Source: Iphione sp. A-MEVVRFRX5
Taxonomy: Eukaryota
DNA: 64,000 bases
Direction of reading: 5' to 3'
Assembly: GCA_976226885.1 (NCBI GenBank)
Contig: OZ320318.1
Location: forward strand, 66,340,001-66,404,000
A program made the position numbers and the translations under genes. The notes under the pieces are model-generated. The model had not been told where the DNA came from. It searched no databases and was given only the letters and a program-made list of their open reading frames with translations. Below, in pieces: positions 13,787 through 24,917 of the stretch (position 1 is the stretch's first letter; the number at the start of each line of letters is the position of its first letter).

Positions 13787-16445
13787 TCATGCTCGGTCAA
13801 CAGCCGCTGCTGCTGCTGACCTCAACATCGACCTGATGCTTTCCAAGATAGTCCCCAGCTTGTTCAAACCTCTGAAGTCCTCACGGTCTGTCAGCTCCGC
13901 AATCAACTCGCCCATCCTGGCTCCCCAATACCTATCGTTTATGGCATACACTGGGTGTTTCGTGTGGTTCAACTCCTCTGTCACCACTCATCCCAGCACT
14001 TCCACTTTCAATTGGGTTATCTCCATCATCACTTCGAATCTGACCACTTCTCTCCATTCCTTGTTCTGTGACACTATGCCTGCATATGCTCTAAATTTGT
14101 TGCTCTGTGACGTCGAACAAATGGCTTGAGCCACCCCTTCCTAATTGTGGAACATTGCCATTCTGTACAGGAAAATGTGTTTGGCCAAAACAAAAGCTCC
14201 TCCTCCCTGCAAGCACTCATATGTGGGGCTGAGCACATGCCAAGGGCAACTCACTATGTGATAATCATGCGGTATCTCACCCCGGGGGCATAGAGTCAAT
14301 GAGAGTGGTCGCATGTGGATCCCGTCAGCTAGTACTTCTCTTTTGGCATAAAAGTAGGTGAATCCTTGTCTCTCTAGTTTGTATGCACACACTCTTCCCA
14401 TAAATGCTCTGAAGCCCCTGTTCTTGCCTGACTGAGCATGCTGAGACTCTAACACCTCCACGTATGTTTGCATTAGGTTCACAACATGCGCCTTCATGAT
14501 CCCTTTACAGCTTAATTTGACTGATGGGGATGTCGTGTCCCTACTCTCTAAAATGTGTTTTACTTGTCAGAGCCATGATCTTATCTCCCCTTGCCTCTTC
14601 ATTCATTAAGCTGAGCATTCTCCTGTTGTACCTGTGGTGTTTCTCGCAGCATTCCCTCATGAACCACTCCAGTCTCTTGTTGTTGTCACATTTACTCAGA
14701 CTATCTGCCTTGTACATCTTTTTTCATGACTCTGTCATCACTTCCTTGATTGATGGTTTGGCCAGTGCAATGTATGTGCTGTCTGTATCTATAGTCACAT
14801 ATTCAAACTGAGACTGTTCCATCACTTGTAATAAAACAAGAGCATGATGGGCTTGGCATATTGGAGTATCGAGAACCCCATGTACACTGGCATGTCTAAA
14901 ACTATTCTCAGTTTTGTCAACTCCACCTCATACAGTCCCTTAATCTCTGTCAGTTTCCAGAACCGAGGTGAATTGACCACCGCCACTGCTTGATTTGCAC
15001 TGGTGAAATACTTCACGCAGTGCTTGTCTTTCCTTTTGCATAATTATGCCACCGTATGTGGAGTTCCCAATCAGTTTCATAGTATCGGCTTTGATAAACA
15101 TGTCTGGGTTATTGTCTCCCTCTCTCCTCGCCTTGTTGATGTCGTCCATGAAAGGTCTAAAACATTCTTGTGGCATAAACTCTATCAACTGATACACCCT
15201 CATGACTGTCATACCATGCTCCATGTACCATTTCAGCCGGGGGCTCAATAAGAGCATCTTTGTTGCCTTCGTTCCTCCTACCAGTAACCTCCTTGGTCTT
15301 TCCAATAGTTTGTGACTCCTTACATGTTCTCTCATATGTTGGTCCATGTGCTCCATCTGGACCAGCATGTTCCCAAACAATGGACACATCTCACTGAGGT
15401 ACTCTTGTGGACTCAGCATTTTCTCTTTCCCTACTGGCCACACATTGGGAACTTCAATGTCCACTTCGACAGCACTGAAGAACATCTCATCTAGTATGTC
15501 CTCCAGTATTTGCTCCTCTGTAACTCTCCCCTTGTGTATCTGACTGATGATCAGGAAGAAGTTGTTTGCAAATTCTCTAAACATCATGTTTGTTTCCAAC
15601 TTAGAAGTGAGCCTGCATTCTTCCATCATCACCATCTTGTAACCCTGTTCTTTGATGTATGACTGTCTCTCTTCCATTCTCTTCTCACACCTTTTCTGCT
15701 CTGTCTTGTTCATCTTCCCCACCAACCATGTGTGGCCATGGAAGTAGCAGCTGTTGAACTCAAATATGGTTCTTGACTCTAGTTTGATCCCATCTACCCT
15801 GAATGGTCCTATTTTCACTTCTCCTTCCTACCTGTTGTGTGCATGGACAATGTCCACACACCTCGTTTCAGCCTCCCACTCCATCCATATTATGCTCATG
15901 GCTGACATTGTTGCTCTCTGTTGAGCAAACCCTGTTTTCGACCTCACAAATGTGCTGTAGCATGCTTCTTTCCTATACAGCATAGGTACAAGGAATTGGC
16001 ATCCAGTCCCAGTACTGTCTTTCATTTGTTTTACGTGTTCCTGATATGCATCACATCCCTTTTGTGACTTTGTGTGAATACAATGGACAGGCTTCCTACT
16101 ATATTCTTTTGGAACGTTTGATATATGTCCTCATTGTTTGGACCAAACATCAGAAACCTGGCCTTGTTTCTCACTGCTGACTGAAATAAAAGTCTCCTCC
16201 CTATGCCTGGAGCTGAGACAGCTCCTTTGAATACATCCATGCCCCTGTCAAAATAAAATTGTAGGAGATGTGTCACACCTTCCACGAATGGACCCACATC
16301 CAGTTTGTTGTAATATGTCAATAGATATCGTAAGGTGCACATGCCTTCACTTGTCCAAGTCCTTTGTAGATCTTTGTATTCTTCATGGATGTTGTTGCAA
16401 TTCTTTAGACTGAAATAGAAACTCTTTGTGGCACGGAAGAATTTA
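13787..16445 (-). pseudogene. Family A pPolB C-terminal two-thirds fused to a NADAR-like domain (copy A2)
   Basis: YYNKLDVGPFVEG; FQKNIVGSLSIVF; nuclease-like GPFRVDG..IFEFNSCYFHGH; ADTMKLIGNSTYG (motif B); LDMPVYMGFSILQYAK; GFTYFYAKREVLADG. One frame from 14497 to 13787 then continues into LSPTYEC..KHIFLYRMAMFH..EWREVVRFEVM..DRYWGA..FRGLNKLGTILESIR, with two premature stops. Confidence 0.9.
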
Positions 16446-18750
16446 TATTTAGATGTTGACCAGACTTTCCCCAGAATGAATTCAGACATGGTTTGGCAAG
16501 GGACCCTAGTCCTGGATTTGTGCAGATCTTTTCAGAATCTAATGACATCCCTTCCTTCTCTTTATAATTTTGGGTATATGTTTACAATCATCTGCAGATT
16601 TACAGCAAGCAGGCCAATCAATAGCCTCCTGTTTCAATTTAAAAAATGTGCTAATGTATTCTGCAAAGACACCACCACTACCTGAGTCTCTGTCATAGCT
16701 GGCAATTCCCAGTGATGAACCTCATAGATTTTCAAGATATTTTATCCTTTCTGTACAGCCAGTTGAATTTCTGCTATACACCATGTCCCCACATTGGTCA
16801 GATCTTCCTCACTACATCAACACTTTTGTTTTGACTCACTACATACACAAGTTTTACAAAGTGGGAATTTCAGTTTTCCTCCAGCATGATAGGGTTGAAC
16901 AGAATGGTAGAGACTATGTGAGGGTGAGACTTTCACCTTGACAAAACCAAAGTAACTGTTGATATCTTGAAAATTTGATGTAATAATGGTTAGATGACCA
17001 ACTGGACACTGACTGCACTTGTTGACAAAAGGATACAAACTGGTGAATTCAACATAATTAACTTTTTCATTACCTTCGATATGATGATACAATTTGATAG
17101 CATTTGTCTTACTAAGAAGAAACTGTCTTGAGCATCAAGCCTGTCATAATGTTTTAATTTTTAGACAAAAATCCTTTAACTCAGGATGTGTGTCAATTTC
17201 TTTGTGGAATTGAAATTCCCATTTACACTTATGTAACAAAGAGATACCAAAGCTTTCTTTTTCTTCACAGTGATGGTATATAATTAATCCAGGGACTTTT
17301 TGGTATAAGGATGTTTCAAATGTTCTCTGTCTTTCACAAAACAGTAAGGGCATCAATGCATTATACAGCCATGATACTCAAACATAGTCTTGGTGGAGGT
17401 GCTGTAACCATCTACTTTATATGATATTCCAGGAATCTTATATTCTTTGCAAGGAGACAATGCATGTTGGATTGTTATATTTCATTGCACACCTATCCAT
17501 TCTTACCATGACATTTTGCTGAATTGTTCCTTACAACCAAGGGTTTGCACACTGGCAATAGGAGAACTTACAAAGTTGGTTTATAACATATATTAGTGCA
17601 TTTCACCAATACACCATCTATTTCAAATGTCCAGACAGTACCTTTTAGGTAACCTTGTACCTGTTTCTCCTCTCCAGTTGCTGAATGTTTAAAGACAACA
17701 GTATGCTCCTCTTGCAAAAATTTCATACCCAAACTAGCAATAAATCAAGCATGGATCTACACCTTGGCCTGTTTGGCATTTGGTGGTTTTCATCCCTAAG
17801 TTCCTGAATTTGACACATGCTTCTCTGAGAATGGTGACATTAGATTCACAGTAATTATGCATCTCTTTCTAAAAATCAAAGAATCCACCTTGTTTTGCAT
17901 GCTATGTTAGGAAATCTTCCCTTTCTTCCACCCCATGAATCTACTCCATAATACTGCACTTCAGGAAATGGTCCGACATAATTTTGATTTTCTCTTGTGT
18001 TGAAGTGGTGAGGAAACAATCCCTTTTTCAATTCAGTTAAACCAAAAGATTTGGGTAATCCAGCTAATTTCATTGGAAGAAAGTTAAGGGAATCAATGAA
18101 TGTCAAGCTCAGCCCCCTTTCTATATGCATGAACATTATTTTGGAACCATTATATACAATGTTCTTTTGGAAAAATAGATCTCTTGATAAGCTGTTCTAG
18201 AAGGAAAAACCCATTTCAGATTATGTGCTAGAACAGTACTGTCTTTATGCTGTTTGTGGACCAACCAATCACAAAATGCTTTTGCAGCAGAGCCCCTCTG
18301 AAAACAACTCTGTACTGTCCACAGGCATTGGGACAAAGTGGAGTTGACAACATTTTTATTGGCATTCATCTACTCTAAAGGACCAAGAGCCACAATGAAT
18401 TCTCTAAAGCTGGATGATGAATGACAATCCTTCTAAGAGTATTGCCTACTGAGTTACTTAAGACCTCTCCAATGACTGTCAAACATGTGATGGAGTACAT
18501 CATACATATCTGCAATCTGTGAGCCATAAAAGTCATTGAATTTTACTTCATATTTTGTATCAATGGCTCAATTCTTCCTGAAAGTTCTTTGAGTCTTCTT
18601 TTCATGGTGTAGGGTGGTTCTGGTGCTACTGGTGGTGGCTGTGGTGCATTGAAGGCTTCAGGTGAGCAGGGAGGTTGTTGTCACATTGGTTCTGGTGAAT
18701 GCCACCTCCTTTTCTTGATAGACCATAAAACATAGTTGGCTTGCCACACC
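16446..18750 (-). pseudogene. Family B pPolB, internally deleted and 3' truncated (copy B2)
   Basis: N-terminus homologous to B1 (PYTMKR..YEVKFNDF); VLAHNLK; FIDSLNFLPMKLAGLPKSFGL; YVEFTSLYPFVNK (motif A). Ends at NPGLGSLAKPCLNSFWGKSG, where it abuts copy A2. Confidence 0.9.
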
Positions 18751-19790
18751 TTATCTTCATGCCATCATTTACTTCACGGAGTCTGTCCTGGTTTACCATC
18801 CACCTTTACCTTGTTCCTTTTTAGTGCAGCCCTCCCTGTAATGGCAGCAATGATGCACTAGTGGAAAAGAATGCCTATGCTATCCTGAGGTAAACTAGTG
18901 AAGAAAGATGCAGAGATGTGTTCACTGTAGAGTCAAGCCAGAAAATGACAGATTTGAACCAGAGACCCCCACAAATCAACTCCTATCACTGCCTTGAACA
19001 TCTGTTTGCCTTCATATCACTTTTATCTCGATGATACACCTGCACATCCCATTCCCTGGTTCTCTTTGGTTATCACCAGTGGCTGCCCACCACTTTACAA
19101 TAGGTAAAACTGCTCACTGTTTTCAGGCACTTGTACTACTGATAGCACCTTACTATACACCAATTGAAAGCTCAGCATCACCACTTTCTAATGTTGGTAG
19201 TTGTATGTTGATACAAGAAACAGAAGTGACACAAAAATATTTTAATAAACCTACCCTAGAGCATCACTAGAGGAGAATTATCTGGTCGCTGCTCTCTGAT
19301 GGGTGAGTTTACTAGGCATTTCTGAGTACTTACATACACAATATAGGCACACCAAAGACATATCGAAAAGCCCAATATCTTAGCTTTCAAATGGTTGTTG
19401 GTATATCTCAATACAAAAATTAGAATTGGCCATCAGTATCCCAGACATTGGTAACCCGGCCATCATTATGTCACACTGTCCCTCTGCTTCCCCACTCTTG
19501 TTTGATTACCCCACCTATACAAACATGCATGCATATCCCTAATGAACAGTGGCAGAGACTGGGTCTCCCACATTAACTCCAACTGGCATCTACCAAGGTG
19601 AAAAAAGATAATATCTAAATCATTTTCAGAATGGTCATATTCCCAGTTGAGTCTATCACAGGAACGAAAAGAGGGAGGAACAAGTGATTCTGAACATGTG
19701 ACACTATTGGCTCTTCAGTAGTGATTCTTTAGTTAAAGAGCTTGGAGTGTGCTGTATTCAGCTCTGGAATCCATTTGTCTCTATATTTAT

Positions 19791-20069
19791 CTATACACTC
19801 ATAATAAAATGTATTGCTGATTGGAAGGCGGCAAGCAGTAGTGTACAGTGTGCAACCTTCAGACATGACGTCAGTGACCATCTCTTCAGGGCATACTGCC
19901 TGACCTCCTCTCTCACCAGTAGTACCAACAGATTATGGGCGATCTCTGTGAATGCATTTACCTGCCCCGGTGTTGCCATGTCAAAGAGGGCCTCGACCTG
20001 CTTGCAACTGGGACTGGATAGGATGAGTCAAATAAAACTGGCATTCTCTCTCAACAGTGTGCTTGACAT
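19791..20069 (-). pseudogene. Small Polinton-type ORF downstream of the ATPase
   Basis: MSSTLLRENASFI*LILSSPSCKQVEALFDMATPGQVNAFTEIAHNLL. Resembles the short ..A...Q...I.E...NLL ORF that often follows Polinton ATPases. Recognition is from memory only. Confidence 0.45.
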
Positions 20070-20109
20070 CGTCTGTCTGCTACTACTACTTCTTTACCAA
20101 ACCAGTGGC

Positions 20110-20715
20110 TGCTGCTGCTGCTGCCCATCCAGAAAGATGTGGCCAGTCAGTTTCATGTCCATATCGTTACGTGGGTGCAGATCAAAAACCAGATATCCAT
20201 ATAGTTCCCTGGTTGCATCTGTGTAGGCCACCTTCACTTCTGGCATGCCCATCTGGCTGCTCAGATGTGTGATCTGTTGGACATCTCATGGGTTTCTGAA
20301 CAGGACCAGGTGCTGCGAGTTCAGGGTGATCGACCTGGTACACTTGCCTTGGCAGAACAGGTTCCTAATGAGGTAGATGACTGTGATGCGATTATGGTGT
20401 GAACTGCATGTGAACAGACCCCTCACCTTCTCGCTCTGAATTATGTCATCCATCAGGTCGTATATTATCAACAATATACCATCTGGGTGCTTTGCGTCAT
20501 CCATGTTGGTCCCTTCTCGGAACTCCACTTTGCCCACTAGCTCTTCAAATGCACTCTGACGTAGATTATTCTCCCTGGTATTGGTGCCTGAAGCATTGCT
20601 CGCCCATTCTTTATCAACTGTTTGACAAAGTGTTTCTTCCCTGAAGATGTGGCTCTGCTCACCACATTCATGGACAGCGTGGCAAGCATTTATGCGGGGA
20701 TCTAGATCTCCATAC
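20110..20715 (-). pseudogene. Polinton packaging ATPase (A32/FtsK-like)
   Basis: Frameshifted Walker A SRATSSGKKHFVKQLI; Walker B LIIYDLMDD; SHHNRITVIYLIRNLFCQGKCTRSITLNSQHLVLFRNP*D; AYTDATRELYGYLVFDLHP. Confidence 0.9.
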
Positions 20716-20759
20716 CTTCCCCACCTAATGCAGAATACGGAGCATATGCCATGGTGACT

Positions 20760-23462
20760 CATCCCTTCTAGTTTGTTTCTCCCTCTGAATTCTTCTGGAG
20801 TAGATATAGCCACCATTGCCTCATCCATTCCTACTCCCCAGCATTTGTCCCTGTTTGCCTACATGATGGGTTCTGTATGGTCCAAGGCTGATGTTTACTA
20901 TCTCTCCTAGTGCCATCATCTTTAACCATGTTACCTATGACATCGCCATGTACTGTGCTTCATGCTTCCACTCTTTCTTCTTCACCATGTCAGCATAAGC
21001 CCTGTACTCTGCCCTGTCCACGTTCGCTTTGATTGCATGGGTAATGCCCTCTTCCTCATGGAACTCCGCCAATCAATGTAAGAACATGTTCTGCAGACAT
21101 GAACCCATCTCCCATGACACACTCATACATAGGGCTCAGCACATCCCATGGTCGAGCAATAATGTTGCAGTCACTTGTGCCTTCTGACCATGGCCACAAC
21201 GTTATGTTCTGCAGCGACATGTGGACTCCATCAGCATCTACTCTCCTTTTCACATAGAAGTAGGTGAAACCCTCCTGAGACAGTTCGTACGTGCATACCA
21301 TCCCCTGCCATGCCCTGACTCTGACGTTCCTACCCGCTTTGCTTTGATGTGTCTCTAGCAAACTCTGGTATGTCTGGAGTGGGTCTACCACATGTGCCTT
21401 CGACACGCCTTTGCAACTCATTTTGATCATGGGTGGGTCAGTGGTCCTACAAGTCAAGACATATGTCTTGCTTGCTGGGCTATTATCTTGTTACCCTTAG
21501 CCTCTTCTTTCATTATTCCTGGCATGCAACAATCGAATCTGTGATGGGTGGGACAGCACTCTCTCATGAACCATTCGGGTCACTTGTCATCACTCCAGTT
21601 GCTGAGGATGTCTCTTTCATACATTCGTCTGCCCTCTTCTGTCATGGCACCAATAATTGATGTGCTCACCAGGGTGATGTACGCACTGTTGGTATCCATC
21701 GTGACATATTCGAAGTGGGACCTGTCCATCAATCTGTCAATGCAGTCATAGTAAAAGGAGAGCATGACCAATTTCGCATACTGAAGTATGGAGAATCCCC
21801 CATAGACGGGCATGTCTAGTATTACCCGAGTCTTGGCCATCTCCACCTTATACAGTCCTTTTAGTTTAGTCATTCACCTGAAACATGGCAAATTCACTTC
21901 TGCCATGGCCTTGTTTGGACTTGTGAAATACTTGACGGTATGTTGTTTCTCCTTCTGCATTATAATGCTGCCATATGTGGAATTTCCAATCAACTTCATT
22001 GTGTCCACGATAATGGTCATGTTTGCATCATGGTCTCCCCTTTTCCTTACAAATGAGCTAAAACATGCATGGGGAACTCAATGGACAGATGCACCTTTGT
22101 GACGATGAGTCTGTGTTCAATATATCATTTCAGTAATCGTGCCATGATCAGTGTTTTCTTTGCACTAGTGGTACCGATCAATAACATGCTCGGATTTGTG
22201 GAGAGTCGCTGAGCCCTCACATGTTGTCGCATGTGTTCCCCTATGTCGTCGATGGTCACCGTTGTGTTTCCACACATAGAGCACTTCTCAGAGAAGTACG
22301 ACGTGTGGTCCATGTCACATTCCATTCCAACAGGCCACCTTTTTGGGACTTGCATGTCAATTTCCACAGCTTCAAACAGTGTCCCATCATATATGCCCTC
22401 TATGATCTGTTGTTCTGTCAATCTCCCTTTGTGTATGACACTGAGTGAAGGGGTGAATTGCTCAGTGTGCTCTCTGAGTTCATCGTTTTCATGAAGCATG
22501 TCCGAAAACCGGCACTCTTCCATTATGACCATTGTGAATCCCTGGCTCTCTCTGAACTTCTTCCTCATTTCCATCCTTCTTTCTCGTTTGTTTTGATCTG
22601 TTTCTCTCATCTTGCCTCTAATACATTTGTGTTTGTGGAAGTAACACTCATTGAACTCGAAGACCGTATTTGTTGCATGAGAGATTCCATCTACTCTATA
22701 TGGGCCCACCCACACTTCTCCTTTGTATCTGTTCTGGACGTGAGTGATGGCAGTGGTTCTGGTCTTTGCTTCCGACTCCATCCAGGCTATGCTTGTCATG
22801 GATAGTGGTGCCTTTTCTCATTTGAAACCTGTGTTTGCCCTTCTTCTCACATATGTTCCTGTGGTGTGTTCTTTCCCAATACAACACAGGCACAACAAGT
22901 TTGCATCCAGACCGAGGATTGATTGGCATCCATTCAATGAGTCTCTGATGTAGGTCACAACCTTCTCATATGTTCTCATGAACATGATGGCCAGACCACC
23001 CATGATGTTTTTCCTGAAAGTCTGGTATATGTCCTCATCATTTGATCCAAACGTTGGGAACGTCACACCACTACCCAGAGCAGACTGGAAGAGCAACCTC
23101 CTTGCTACACCTGGTGCAGACACTGCCACCTTGAAGACATTCATCCCTTTATCGAAGTAGTTTTTTGTAGGCGTGTTACCCTTTCTACAAATGGGCCCAC
23201 ATCCAGCTTGTTATGATAGACCAACAAATCTCATAGGGATTGCATACCTTCACACACCCAGATCCTTTGAAAATTCCTCATACTCTTCTGTCGATATGCT
23301 AGTATCCTTCAGTGAAGGGTGGAAGGCCTCGTGATTGGGTAGCTGTGTCTCATTCAATCTCTGGTGCGCCCAGGTATTCATAACAAAAGGTACCCTTCTG
23401 TACTTCCACATCATATGCTTTGAGGAATTTTGCATATGAAACTCCCAGTGTTTCAACATCAA
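20760..23462 (-). pseudogene. Family A pPolB C-terminal two-thirds fused to a NADAR-like domain (copy A3)
   Basis: GVSYAKFLKAY..KGTFCYEY; NIMGGLAIMF; LGLDANLL (motif A); GPYRVDG..VFEFNECYFH; LDMPVYGGFSILQYAKLVMLSFYYD..MDTNSAY; MSCKGVSK; GFTYFYVKRRVDADG, continuing in frame to RPWDVLSPMYEC..GFMSAEH. Then, after frameshifts, LAEFH..EWK and DKCWGVGMDE..FRGRNKL. Confidence 0.9.
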
Positions 23463-23848
23463 CTACAGACTACGTTTAGTAACGTTTATAGTATAATAGG
23501 GTAATACAATCTAACTACTATTACTTCTACTTAATGTAGCTTGTGATTTGTTGTCTAGATCAACATTAGTAGTTATGGTTGAACGATTTCTCGCAGACAA
23601 CTTTGATCTATGTCATTTTCTTTAGTAGCCAGTGTGTTCATACATTTCAGTAGCGGATACATCTTCGTACGATATCTCTTGTGTTTGAATAAAAAAAACG
23701 CTATCCAACTAATGGTGTCTCGCTTACCTATATATCCACATCTATGGTATACGTATGACAACTAAAACGCTAATGCTTAATATTTCATTGTGTTGTTGAA
23801 TGATCTACAGCTTCAGCAATATGTCATAATCTTGCTCATACGATGTAG

Positions 23849-24436
23849 TCATATACAGATATGACTTCTTTTTCCCATTTTCAACACATTCTTACGCATG
23901 TCTTCTTTTATGGGAGACCATTTTATATCATTATTTTCATTGTCAGTGATGCCTGCGTATATTTTATACATACAGAAACTCCCCTCATAGAGACGCGCTA
24001 CTGAAATTCTTATATGCGCTGCGTGCATTGTATGTTCTTCTATGTCCTCTGGTAGTTGAACACACCCTGGGATATGATCTCTCTGACTATTTGCGTCACT
24101 CTCGCAACCTTTACACCATTCTTTAATCCTTGCTACATATTCTGATCTTAACATGAAACCGTGTGTTCTCTCGATGATCTCTTGAACAGTGATAGTCAAC
24201 TCAGATTCAACTGGAAACTCGATGGATTCGTCTTCACCTCGTCTGTTCATTCCCTCGGCTACACAGAAGTCGTGACATATGAAATCACGATTGCTATAGA
24301 CAACCTTATCATTGACACTTGAAACAAGTTTGTATCGTGATATCTGGTATTGTATGATTATCACTTCAGATGGCTTATCGACCTTCCTCACCTTTTTGTT
24401 GGCCAAAAACTCCACGTCCACTGGTTCGATTTTCAT
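23849..24436 (-). CDS. Intact orphan protein (195 aa) with WCKGCE-x4-SQ-x2-H-x-PGC motif; paralog of 45223-46574
   Basis: Uninterrupted ORF. Aligns by eye with the 45 kb ORF over about 150 aa (DFCVAE, ITxxEIxER, WCKGCE..SQ..H.PGCV.LP..I.E...HAA.IRIS..RL). Confidence 0.7.
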   Translation of the reverse strand: MKIEPVDVEFLANKKVRKVDKPSEVIIIQYQISRYKLVSSVNDKVVYSNRDFICHDFCVAEGMNRRGEDESIEFPVESELTITVQEIIERTHGFMLRSEYVARIKEWCKGCESDANSQRDHIPGCVQLPEDIEEHTMHAAHIRISVARLYEGSFCMYKIYAGITDNENNDIKWSPIKEDMRKNVLKMGKRSHICI

Positions 24437-24917
24437 ATATCTTACATTTCTGTCACATTGAGGCCTGCTCGCTTAAAATATGTTTGGTTTGTTTATATCA
24501 TTAGTTAAAGTGACACAAAGTCTTGGTCAGGTGTCAGAAAGGAGGACAAACATCAGGCTTTATCTCTCCTGTGATGCAACACTGTGTGATGAGGGGCCTA
24601 GGGTCTTATTGGGCGAAAGTACTGTATATGCTGCGGTTCGATCTTATGCACATGTAATTAATCATATGATCAGTGACGTCATTTAAGGGATGAGCTGTAT
24701 GCCATCTAGCCATTCTCTGCTTGTTGCTTGGAGTGAGCAGGTCTGTAACTCTCTCCAGTAACCTAACCGTTTTCTTCCATTTTAACAAGCATCATGAAGG
24801 AGAAACGCTACTTTGCGTTGGACTAGGGTAATATTATTACGACATGCTCATGATCTTTTACGTGTCTGTGTCTCAAAACAATAACTTGCTAAATCAAAAT
24901 TGAGTAATATTTCATAC

